A program made the translations under genes and the position numbers. Below the pieces are notes generated by a model that made no database searches, was not told the DNA's origin, and worked only from the letters and a program-made list of their open reading frames with translations. This document shows positions 45,501 to 53,302 of a DNA stretch of 64,000 nt, piece by piece (positions within the stretch are counted from its first letter, which is position 1; each line of letters begins with the position of its first letter). The stretch comes from an uncultured Verrucomicrobiae bacterium (GTDB lineage: Bacteria; Verrucomicrobiota; Verrucomicrobiia; Chthoniobacterales; Chthoniobacteraceae), in the NCBI GenBank assembly GCA_963836755.1, contig CAWIKF010000001.1, positions 224,001-288,000 of the forward strand. The letters run 5' to 3'.

Positions 45501-45667
45501 TCGCGATCGTAGACCCACATCGGCTGCGGATTCGCATCGAAAAGCAGGCGATAATTTCCTTCCCCCGGCGTGGCGGACGCACTCGCCGAAACGTGGTCAT
45601 CCGTCGCAACGGCAGTCTGCTTCGCGTTGCGCGCGACCGGCGACTTGATGGACTTCCCCTTGGCCAT
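42548..45667 (-). CDS. Cytoplasmic multi-PAS sensor histidine kinase (HisKA_3/NarX-like class)
   Basis: Six PAS/PAC-like segments ending in D[IV][TS]E.K-type motifs; H-box EKRRIGQDLHDDLCQ; RIAQESAHNAAKH, VEDDGVG, GLG; no TM helix. Confidence 0.92.
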   Translation of the reverse strand: MAKGKSIKSPVARNAKQTAVATDDHVSASASATPGEGNYRLLFDANPQPMWVYDRETLRFLAVNDAAIFCYGYSREEFLAMTIEQIWPIEDLEEYRAVFEQQKSEREHFGFWRHKKKNGDLIEVELTSHALDFAARDAALVLARDVTEQRLTQRRLQQKEKRLQATFAQAAVGISQVDLDGRWIRVNDRMCEIVGYSREELLQRNFVDITHPDDLASNIDFFRRAVAEKFPRMSVEKRYVRKDGSIVWVHVSGTLVREESGAPEYFVTVVEDVSLRKKTEDELQKMHEELEQRIEERTAELRGLNDALLKEVEDRRQAERDLRNSKGLLRSLIDSLQAQVAVLDPQGNVLTVNKVWMRARDEFCGAMNCSVGANYLDFCRTAFQSAEISASETVSGVQCVLDGSLAEFSFEYCADHAGERWFTLCATPLSPEGGGAVISQTEITGRHRAEMALRASHVLLRDIVEGTTDAIYVKDLQGRYTMMNSAGALALGRTPDDVIGKTARDLFDPQTARSIVREDLKVVVTGHTQTFFSTMRLMGREHDFLATKGVCRNAAGDIVGIFGISRDITERNRMSEALAHERNLLRTLIDNLPDSVFVKDNEGLFVVSNAAHRQLLRARTQQEITGKTDSDFFPPEIAARNLEEEREVLATGRALIDQTETMLDAAGQTRWFLTSKVPLLDSAGKTVGLLGVQRDITERKQTEQQLSRFASIVESSNDAIISTSNDGAILSWNKAAETIFGYSAEEMIGGTASKLSPPERRDEAAGMSDLVRQGQVFKNFETVRQTKDGRKIEIAMTVSPLRDEGGEIRGVSAIIRDISERKRLEREVLEISDNEKRRIGQDLHDDLCQYLVGVSLLANVLRDNLAAQQIKEADDARQINELVRQAVIKARSIAKGLAPLDLAGTGFVAALQELAHMVQRLFNIECIFDCASVVEIADAAVATHLYRIAQESAHNAAKHSGGKRIVICLASNADGTTLSVEDDGVGIALDHSAPASPGLGWHTMHYRARIIGAQLHFRRGAQTGTVVVCSLPAPAPARL

Positions 45668-45764
45668 AGAGCCGTGAGGCTCTTGGCGGGGCCGGAGCAT
45701 CAGGCAGGCCATCGTGGGCATCGGTGCCCACTTTTCCAACAACTAAATCGCGACTCGCGATAAA

Positions 45765-47783
45765 CTACGCCGGCGCTTCCGTGAGCCCGTGCGGATAATC
45801 GGGCGCGAGCGTGGTTGTGCCTTCGCTCAATGGCGGCGGCTCTTTGCTCGGCTTGCTCGGGCCGCTCGTTGGCGGATTAAGCATGCGATCATGCTTTATG
45901 ATGTCGCGAATTTGGGCGCCATCGAGAGTTTCATATTCGAGCAGTGCTTTCGCGATCGATTCCAACTTCCCGCGATATTTCAAAAGCATTTCCTTCGCAC
46001 GCGAATACGCATCGTCGCAAAGTTTGCGCACTTCGCGGTCGATCTCCTGCGCCGTCGCCTCGCTGTAATCGCGAGCTCGTGAAATGTCGCGGCCGAGGAA
46101 AACATAGTCTTCGTGCTCACCGTATTCGACCATGCCGAGTTTTTCCGACATGCCCCATTCACACACCATTTTGCGCGCGAGGCCAGTTGCCATTTTGATG
46201 TCGCCGCGCGCGCCACTCGTCACGTCGCCGAAAACAATTTCCTCCGCAACGCGACCGCCCATGTCGACGACGAGATCGTCAAGTAACTCGTTTTTGCGCA
46301 TCGTGTATTTGTCCTCGATCGGCAGCCACATGGTGGACCCGAGCGACGGGCCGCGCGGAATGATGGTCACCTTGTGAAGCGGCTCGGTGTGCTCGAGGAG
46401 CTCGAGCAGAAGCGCGTGGCCGGCTTCGTGATACGCGGTATTTTCTTTTTCTTTTTCGGAAATGGCGAGCGAGCGGCGCTCGCGTCCCCAGCGAACTTTG
46501 TCGCGCGCTTCCTCGAGATCGTGGAGGAAAATCGATTTCTGACTTTTTCTCGCGGCAAGCAGCGCGGCTTCGTTGATCACGTTCGCGAGTTCTGCGCCGG
46601 AATAACCGGGCGTTCCGCGCGCGATGACTGCCATGTCCACGTCTTCGCCGATTTTTACGCGACGTGCGTGCACTTTTAAAATTTCCTCGCGGCCTTTGAC
46701 ATCGGGCAGATTGACCGTGATCTGTCGGTCGAAACGGCCCGGCCGCAGCAGCGCCGGATCGAGCACGTCGGGTCGGTTCGTTGCCGCGATGATGATGACC
46801 CCTTCCTGCGTGTCGAAGCCGTCCATCTCAACCAACAAAGCGTTTAACGTCTGTTCACGCTCGTCATGCCCACCGCCGAGCCCGTGGCCGCGGTGCCGGC
46901 CGACAGCGTCGATCTCATCGATGAAAATAATGCACGGCGCACTCTTTTTACCTTGTTCAAACATGTCACGCACACGTGATGCACCGACGCCGACAAACAT
47001 CTCCACGAAATCCGAGCCGCTGATCGAGAAAAACGGCACGTCCGCCTCGCCGGCGATTGCGCGTGCGAGCAAAGTTTTTCCGGTGCCGGGAGGGCCGACC
47101 ATCAGCACGCCTTTCGGAATGCGGCCGCCGAGCTTTTGAAATTTTTTCGGGTCGCGCAAAAACTCCACGAGCTCCTGGACTTCATCTTTAGCCTCGTCGA
47201 CGCCGGCGACGTCCTTGAACGTGATTTTGTTTTTGTCGCGCGCGAGCATCCGCGCTTTTGATTTGCCGAAATTCATCGCCCCTTTCCCCGCCATGCGGAT
47301 TTGCTGGCGGAAGAAAAAGTAAATCAGCAGCAGGAACAGCGCGAACGGCAGGAAACCGAAAATCGCCGACGCGACAAAGTTCGACTCCGGTTTCGGCGCG
47401 ACTTCGAAGCCGGCTTTTTTCAAGGTCTCCGGCAGATTTTTGTCCCACTCGAGATCGACCGGCGTGCGGAATGTGCCGACGATATCCTCGCCCGCGGCGG
47501 TTTTGCCGCGCGTGTAATTTCCGCGCAGATACCTGGCCGTCTGCCCTTCCTGCTGCACGAGTTCGAGCGGCGGGGCTTTGCGAATCTGCCCATCCTCGAC
47601 CATTTTCAAAAACGCCGGCTCGGAAAATTCGTCCGGGCTGCCGTAAGGCCCCTTGAATAAAAAGGCGCCGCCGATCAATGCGATGGCGATGGCGAAAAGC
47701 ACGAGGCCGCGCCAGTTAAAATTCGGGTCGCCGCCATTGCGATTGCCTTTTTCTTTTGGCGGACGTGATTCGAGTTGTGACAT
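45765..47783 (-). CDS. ftsH: ATP-dependent zinc metalloprotease FtsH
   Basis: Two TM helices, [43 protein letters not shown]. Confidence 0.97.
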   Translation of the reverse strand: MSQLESRPPKEKGNRNGGDPNFNWRGLVLFAIAIALIGGAFLFKGPYGSPDEFSEPAFLKMVEDGQIRKAPPLELVQQEGQTARYLRGNYTRGKTAAGEDIVGTFRTPVDLEWDKNLPETLKKAGFEVAPKPESNFVASAIFGFLPFALFLLLIYFFFRQQIRMAGKGAMNFGKSKARMLARDKNKITFKDVAGVDEAKDEVQELVEFLRDPKKFQKLGGRIPKGVLMVGPPGTGKTLLARAIAGEADVPFFSISGSDFVEMFVGVGASRVRDMFEQGKKSAPCIIFIDEIDAVGRHRGHGLGGGHDEREQTLNALLVEMDGFDTQEGVIIIAATNRPDVLDPALLRPGRFDRQITVNLPDVKGREEILKVHARRVKIGEDVDMAVIARGTPGYSGAELANVINEAALLAARKSQKSIFLHDLEEARDKVRWGRERRSLAISEKEKENTAYHEAGHALLLELLEHTEPLHKVTIIPRGPSLGSTMWLPIEDKYTMRKNELLDDLVVDMGGRVAEEIVFGDVTSGARGDIKMATGLARKMVCEWGMSEKLGMVEYGEHEDYVFLGRDISRARDYSEATAQEIDREVRKLCDDAYSRAKEMLLKYRGKLESIAKALLEYETLDGAQIRDIIKHDRMLNPPTSGPSKPSKEPPPLSEGTTTLAPDYPHGLTEAPA

Positions 47784-48116
47784 AAATTCAGCTCACTGTG
47801 GAAACACGCCGCGCACATTCGCGCGTCCGACGCCAGCGCCACGGAAGCAACCGCGCAATCTAGGTATTCTCGTGGATTGGTCAAACATGTTTGTCACTCT
47901 GTAAAAAAATATTCGATTTTGCCGGCCCACCAAGCTGCCTGCTGTCGCTCACGGAGCGGGGACCTTTGGCGCAGTTTTCCTAATTTTTCGCCTGGCATCG
48001 GCTTGAGAAATCTCCCGTATAAACAAGACACTGCTCCTTCTGCTTTCGTTCACCTGCTGCCGATCGGAATTTTTTTCGCGCTATTTTCGGGGTTCCCGCG
48101 TCTTATTTCCACACCG

Positions 48117-49559
48117 ATGAAAACACCGTTCCTTCCCGGCCTTATTCTGGCCTGCATCTGCGTTCATACTTTCGCGGGCGAGCCCGCGCTCACCATATAT
48201 AATCAAAACTTCGCCGTCGTCCGTGAAATCGTCCCGCTCAAGCTCAACGCCGGCGTCAACGACATCCGCTTCTCCGACGTGACCGCGCAGGCCGAGACCG
48301 ATTCCGTCATCCTCCGCGACCCGAGCGGCAAGGTGAAATTGCAAATCCTCGAGCAAAGTTATCGCAACGACCCGGTCTCGCAGGAATTCCTCCTCTCGCT
48401 CAACGAAGGCAAAACCATTTCGTTTTTCGTCAACCGGCCGAACAAGCCCGACCAAACCATCCAGGGCAAAATCATCCGCAGCGGCTACGGCGCCGGCGGA
48501 CAGAACCCGACGCAGCCGATCATCGAGGTCAATGGCGAGCTGCAGTTTTCCCTGCCGGGCGAGCCGCGTTTCCCCGCGCTCGGCGACGATACGATTTTAA
48601 ATCCGACGCTCGGCTGGAAGCTCAACGCCAGCGCCGCCGGGCCTCTCGACGCCGAGCTCGCCTACATCACCGGCGGACTTTCCTGGCATGCCGATTACAA
48701 CATCGTCGCGGCCGAGAAAAGCGACATCATCGACCTCGTCGGCTGGGTCACCTTTGACAACCAAAGCGGTAAAACTTTCCGCGATGCGAAGATCAAACTC
48801 ATGGCCGGCGACGTGAACAAAATCCTCCCGCAACCCGGGCTGATGAAGGCCAGAACCTTCGCCCTGAGCGCCGATGCAGCGGCTGGCGAAGCCGCGCCCG
48901 TCACCGAAAAAGCCTTCTCCGAATTTCACCTCTACACGATCAGCCGTCCCGCCACACTCCGCGACCACGAGTCGAAACAAGTCGAGTTCGTCCGCGCCCA
49001 GGGCGTCAGCGCCCCGCGCATCTTCGTTTACGATGGCGCCACCGTCACCTACGGCCAGGTCCCGATGTATCGCGGCGAGGGCGACTACGGCATCCCGATG
49101 AACAAAAAAGTCTGGGTCCTGCGCGAATTCAAAAACTCCGAGGCGAACCACCTCGGCATGCCGCTGCCCAAAGGCCGGCTCCGTTTCTACCAGCAGGACG
49201 ACGACAAACAGCTCGAATTCATCGGCGAAAACGAAATCGACCACACTCCGAAAGACGAAACCATCCGCGTCTACGTCGGCAACAGCTTCGACCTCGCCGG
49301 CGAGCGCCGCCGCACCAGCTTCAAAGTCAGCGACAGCGAGCATTGGGCGGAGGAAGCCTTCGAGATAAAACTCCGCAACCACAAAAAAGAACCCGTCGAA
49401 ATCCGCGTCGTCGAGCACCTCTCCCGCTTCGACAACTGGCAGGTAAAAGAAAAAAGCGACGAATTCACAAAACTCGACTCCCACACCATCGAGTTCCGCA
49501 TCCCGCTCAAGCCCGACGAGGAACACGTCGTCACCTACCGCGTCCACTACTCGTGGTGA
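48117..49559 (+). CDS. DUF4139-like secreted protein
   Basis: Signal peptide from ATG 48117; ALTIYNQNFAVVRE, YITGGLSWHADY, LGMPLPKGRLRFY, FIGENEIDHTPKDE. Confidence 0.8.
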   Translation: MKTPFLPGLILACICVHTFAGEPALTIYNQNFAVVREIVPLKLNAGVNDIRFSDVTAQAETDSVILRDPSGKVKLQILEQSYRNDPVSQEFLLSLNEGKTISFFVNRPNKPDQTIQGKIIRSGYGAGGQNPTQPIIEVNGELQFSLPGEPRFPALGDDTILNPTLGWKLNASAAGPLDAELAYITGGLSWHADYNIVAAEKSDIIDLVGWVTFDNQSGKTFRDAKIKLMAGDVNKILPQPGLMKARTFALSADAAAGEAAPVTEKAFSEFHLYTISRPATLRDHESKQVEFVRAQGVSAPRIFVYDGATVTYGQVPMYRGEGDYGIPMNKKVWVLREFKNSEANHLGMPLPKGRLRFYQQDDDKQLEFIGENEIDHTPKDETIRVYVGNSFDLAGERRRTSFKVSDSEHWAEEAFEIKLRNHKKEPVEIRVVEHLSRFDNWQVKEKSDEFTKLDSHTIEFRIPLKPDEEHVVTYRVHYSW

Positions 49560-49579
49560 GGCGCCATCGGCGCTCTCTT

Positions 49580-49675
49580 TTAGCCACGGATGGAAACGGA
49601 TGAAACACAGATACGGATTGGCACGCAGCCGTCCTTGGTTTCTCCACATCCGTGCTCCATCCGTGCCGATCCGGC
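49580..49675. repeat. CACGGAT/ATCCGTG-type short inverted repeat element
   Basis: GCCACGGATGGAAACGGATG... pairs with CATCCGTGCTCCATCCGTG; a further right arm occurs at 50137-50161. Confidence 0.75.
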
Positions 49676-49678
49676 ACT

Positions 49679-49952
49679 GAAAACTCGGCGTCCCGGCGTG
49701 AATTCCTCACGTCCCGTCGAGAAAAGTCCACGTCCGATGGAGAAAAGTTGAGGTCCCGAGGAGAATTTCTCACGTCCCGGGGAGAAAACTTCACGTCCCG
49801 CGGAGAATTTCTCACGTCCCGTTGAGAAAACATCACGTCCCGGGGAGAATTTCCCACGTCCGATGCAGAAGTTTTCACATCCCGAGGAGAAGTTCTGACG
49901 TCCGGTGTAGAAGTTTTTTACATCCCGAAGCCATTTCCTCACGTCCCGCCGC
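49679..49952. repeat. Tandem array 2: 13 units of 21 bp, consensus GAA-WWNYY-CACGTCCCG-NNGA
   Basis: Units start at 49679, 49700, 49721, 49742, 49763, 49784, 49805, 49826, 49847, 49868, 49889, 49910 (22 nt), 49932. Confidence 0.95.
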
Positions 49953-49991
49953 CGAAAACGGATAATTTAAGACAAATCTCTCGCAAATGAC

Positions 49992-50097
49992 CGGGAGCGC
50001 ACGCTTCCAGCGTGCAGTCGCCGGCATCCTGCCGGCGACATCCGCGAAGGATTCGGCAAGGATGCCGAACCCGGCACGCTGGAAGCGCGCGCTCCCG
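49992..50097. repeat. REP/MITE-like palindromic element (106 bp)
   Basis: CGGGAGCGCACGCTTCCAGCGTGC ... GCACGCTGGAAGCGCGCGCTCCCG terminal arms (23/24 complementary); internal CGGCATCCTGCCG / CGGCAAGGATGCCG hairpins. Confidence 0.85.
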
Positions 50098-50248
50098 ATA
50101 AGAGCCGTCCGTCTCATCCCAAAAAACCCCGTTTCCCATCCGTGTCCCATCCGTGGCTGAACCAAATGGAACCCGCATGAATCTCCTTCCCAATGCACCC
50201 AAAAACATCACTCTCCCCAAATGCCTGAAAACACACCCGCCACGTTGA

Positions 50249-50680
50249 CGATCCGCAACGCGCAACATCCTCGAAGCCGCTCTCAACAATGAGGCGACCT
50301 ATGTGGAAGGCCTCGTCGAAGACCTCACCGATGCCGCCGCAGCCGCCATTATCGAGGAAGCGGGCATGTCCGTGGCGGGAGAAGTTCCGCCCATCGGCCC
50401 GATGCCGAAAGTCGATGGCCTTTCCGCCACGCAAGGCGACAGCGAAGGCGAAGTCGATCTCCATTGGAACCCCGTGAAACGCGGCTTGCAAAACTACCTC
50501 ACCGAGGTCACCGACGACCCGACCGGCCAGACCGGCTGGCGCTTTGCCGCCAACAGCCGCAAAAGCAGCGTCGCAGTCACCGGCCTCACGAGTGGGAAAA
50601 GGTATTGGTTCCGCGTCACGGCCGAATGCGCCTCCGGCTCCGGCCCCGCCAGCGAGCCGCAAACCAAAGTCGCGCCGTAA
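50249..50680 (+). pseudogene. Fibronectin type III domain protein, apparently 5'-truncated
   Basis: Open frame from in-frame TGA 50246-50248: ..RNILEAALNNEATYVEG..IIEEAGM..LSATQGDSEGEVDLHW..VTGLTSGKRYWFRVTAECASGSGPASEP; no ATG before the helical remnant. Confidence 0.75.
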
Positions 50681-50693
50681 AAACCTCTCCCGG

Positions 50694-50749
50694 ATTAGAC
50701 TCAAACATGCGCATTATATTGCGCATGTTTGAGGTCTAATTCGTTAGGC
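50694..50749 (+). other. Long palindrome ending in an attI-like recombination core GTTAGGC
   Basis: ATTAGACTCAAACATGCGCA-TTATAT-TGCGCATGTTTGAGGTCTAAT then TC then GTTAGGC (GTTRRRY). Confidence 0.55.
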
Positions 50750-51298
50750 GCTCCTGATGCGCTATCTACCCAAAATATTGTTTCTCTATCTGGGCGCAGC
50801 GGTATATGCGTGCGCTAGTGACAGGGTCGATTTCACAGGCACGTGGGATCAGCGGAATGCCAAAGCGATCTCGTTCACGCTGTCATTAAAACAGACTGGT
50901 AATCGACTCGAAGGGTATCATCTCGCCGTGGTGCTATACACTCGCGCTCATCACATCGACGACGGGGGCTCTCCAGAAGACGGCGATCCACCATCAATTA
51001 TAGGTATTGTCAGTGGCCAAGAAGCCAGGGTGCGGTTTGAGAGTGGCCGAGAGGGAGGTGGCGCTGCCTTGATAAGATTTGAAGGCAATCGAATTGAGTG
51101 GAAGACGCTTAGTTCTCGTCCTGGGCACTTTTTCCCTGATCATGCGATTCTCGAAAGAAGAGGCTCTCGAAATCATTAAAGGTTCTCAGTCACCACTCGC
51201 TGTCGCAGGATGAAAAAGCCTAACAACGTTGCAGCTAATTGGCTCCGGCCTTCACGCTGGCTGCTGCGCACCCAGCGCCCCATCCTCCGCCATTAGCG
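50743..51298 (+). mobile_element. Solitary integron-type gene cassette with degenerate/truncated attC
   Basis: Core GTTAGGC 50743-50749 just before the ATG; exact inverse core GCCTAAC 51218-51224 after the stop; GCTAATTGGC...GCCATTAGC stem; terminal GTTRRRY missing. Confidence 0.7.
50757..51179 (+). CDS. Small secreted hypothetical protein (cassette-borne)
   Basis: 140-aa ORF, N-terminal signal MRYLPKILFLYLGAAVYA(C), DFTGTW beta-barrel-like start, atypical A/T-ending codons (AGA, TTA, ATA). Confidence 0.7.
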   Translation: MRYLPKILFLYLGAAVYACASDRVDFTGTWDQRNAKAISFTLSLKQTGNRLEGYHLAVVLYTRAHHIDDGGSPEDGDPPSIIGIVSGQEARVRFESGREGGGAALIRFEGNRIEWKTLSSRPGHFFPDHAILERRGSRNH

Positions 51299-52261
51299 GA
51301 AAAGCCGGTGCTCCCGCGTGCCGGTGAGCGCTTTTTGCAGGACGATGAACAGCAGCAGCAGCGCGCCGGTGGCAATTTTCGTCCACCAGGTGTTCAGGTT
51401 CCCCTGAAAAGTAATCAAGGTCTGGATCAGGCCCAGGATCAGCACTCCCATCAGCGTGCCGGGGATGAATCCGACGCCGCCAGTCAGCAGCGTGCCGCCA
51501 ATGACGACCGCTGCGATGGCGTCGAGCTCGAGGCCGACGAATGAGGCCGGGTTGCCCGATTGCATGTAAAAAGTGGAGACGCAGCCCGCGAGGGCGGAGA
51601 AAAAACCGGCGAGCGCGTAGATGCCGATCTTCGTGTTGCCGACCGGCACGCCCATGAGCAGCGCGGAGTTTTCGCTGGAACCGATGGCGTAAACGTTGCG
51701 CCCGAAGCGCGTGTAAACGCAGAGCCACGTGGCCGCGATGACGACCGCGATGAAGCAGAGCGCCGTGAATGGAATGCTGATGCGCGGCGCGAGCGGGATC
51801 GAGAGTTCGCGGATGGTCTGCTGGTAAAAGTGGTCCTTGATCGCGAGCGAATCCTCGCGCACGACGAACGCCATTCCGCGCATGAAAAACATTCCGGCCA
51901 GCGTGACGAGGAACGGCGGCAGATCGAAAAACCGGATGAGGCTTCCCTGCGCCGCGCCGAAGATTGTGCCGACGACGAGGGCGATCGCCATTGCCAAAAG
52001 CGGCGGAGTGCCGTCGGCGATCAACGTGGCGATGAAGATGCCGATGAAGGCGATGACCGCGCCCACGGAGAGGTCGATGCCGCCGGACAAAATCACGAAC
52101 GTCGCGCCGACGGCGGCGATGCCGAGGAAGGCGTTGTCGCCGAATAGATTCACGATCACGCGCGGCGAGCTGAAGTTTGGATACAGCACGCAGCCGAGCG
52201 CGTAGAGGGCGATCATGACGAGCGCGGTCGCGGCGAGCGGGATGTATTTGGGGTTGATCAT
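51293..52261 (-). CDS. yjfF: Monosaccharide ABC transporter permease (YjfF-like)
   Basis: DNAFLGIAAVGATFVILSGGIDLSVG, ELDAIAAVVIGGTLLTGGVG, WWTKIATG. Confidence 0.85.
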   Translation of the reverse strand: MINPKYIPLAATALVMIALYALGCVLYPNFSSPRVIVNLFGDNAFLGIAAVGATFVILSGGIDLSVGAVIAFIGIFIATLIADGTPPLLAMAIALVVGTIFGAAQGSLIRFFDLPPFLVTLAGMFFMRGMAFVVREDSLAIKDHFYQQTIRELSIPLAPRISIPFTALCFIAVVIAATWLCVYTRFGRNVYAIGSSENSALLMGVPVGNTKIGIYALAGFFSALAGCVSTFYMQSGNPASFVGLELDAIAAVVIGGTLLTGGVGFIPGTLMGVLILGLIQTLITFQGNLNTWWTKIATGALLLLFIVLQKALTGTREHRLFR

Positions 52262-53302
52262 GCCGCGGCTGCCGCCTTTCGCGCGAAGAGCCGCGTGAAG
52301 CAGCGGCGCGCTTTTTCACTTTGCAAAAGACAGACGGCGATGACGACGAGCGCCTTCGGGACCGGCGCGATGTCGGCGCTGACGTTGCGCGCATACATCG
52401 TGGTCGTGAGCGTCTGGATGAGCAGCGCGCCGACGATGGAGCCGAGCAGGTAAAAGCGCCCGCCGGTGAGCGCGGTGCCGCCGATGACGACGGCGAGGAT
52501 CGCATCGAGCTCAAAGTAAAGTCCGGCGTGGTTCGCATCGGCGCTCTTGATGTCGGACGCGACGACGAGGCCGGCGAGCCCGGCGCAAAAACCGGCGAAG
52601 ACGTAGGCGATGAATTTTACCATGCGCGCATTCACGCCGGCGTAGCGGCTGGCGATGTCGTTGTCGCCGACTGATTCGATGAACAAGCCGAGCGCCGTGC
52701 CGCGGGTGAGCGCGTGCGGTGACGCCGAGCAGCACGAGCACGAGAATGCACGGAAACGGCAAGCCGAAGAGGTAGCCGTTCGCGATGTAAACCAGCGCGG
52801 GGTCGGTGAAATTGGTAATTTGTCCACCGGTGATGAGCTGCGCGATTCCGCGGCCGGCGACCATCAAAATCAAAGTTGAAACGATCGGCTGGATGCCGAT
52901 GCCGGCGACGAGGAAACCATTCCACGCGCCGAGCAGGAGCGAGACGAAAAGCGCGAGCGCCATCGCGGCGGCGGGTGAAAATGGATGCGCCACGACCGCC
53001 TGCGCCAGCACCGCGCCAGTCACGGCGACGATCGCGCCGACGGACAAATCGACGCCGCCCGTGGCGATGACGAGCGTCATGCCGAGCGCAACGAGCATCA
53101 CGATGCCGCCGTGTTTTAAAATATCGATCAGCGTCCCGTAGAGATGCCCATCGCGCAGCTCGAGCTTGAAGAAACCGGGCGTCAGCAGCGCGTTAAACAA
53201 AAGTAAAAGTCCCAGCGCGAGCAGCGGAAAAAAGATGCGCTCTTTTCGCGTGAAAAAGAGCAACGCCGCAAACGCTGCCCAAAAAAGAACGAGAAAAATC
53301 AT
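52258..53302 (-). pseudogene. ytfT: Monosaccharide ABC transporter permease (YtfT-like), split by a frameshift near 52717
   Basis: N-half (ALGMTLVIATGGVDLSVG...GRGIAQLITGGQI) in the 53302 frame; C-half (LTRGTALGLFIESVG...ELDAILAVVIGGT) in the 52258 frame. Confidence 0.8.

Noticed and set aside
49531..49942. Heptad-repeat ORFs on the minus strand of array 2 as real proteins
   Set aside because: They are split across frames by a 22-nt unit, have no RBS and are confined to the repeat. Not fully excluded, because the break lies in a T-run.
50707..50734. dif-like XerCD site (ATGCGCATTA resembles the XerC arm GGTGCGCATAA)
   Set aside because: There is no convincing XerD arm (TTATGTTAAAT) at 6-bp spacing; the symmetry is better explained by the long palindrome.
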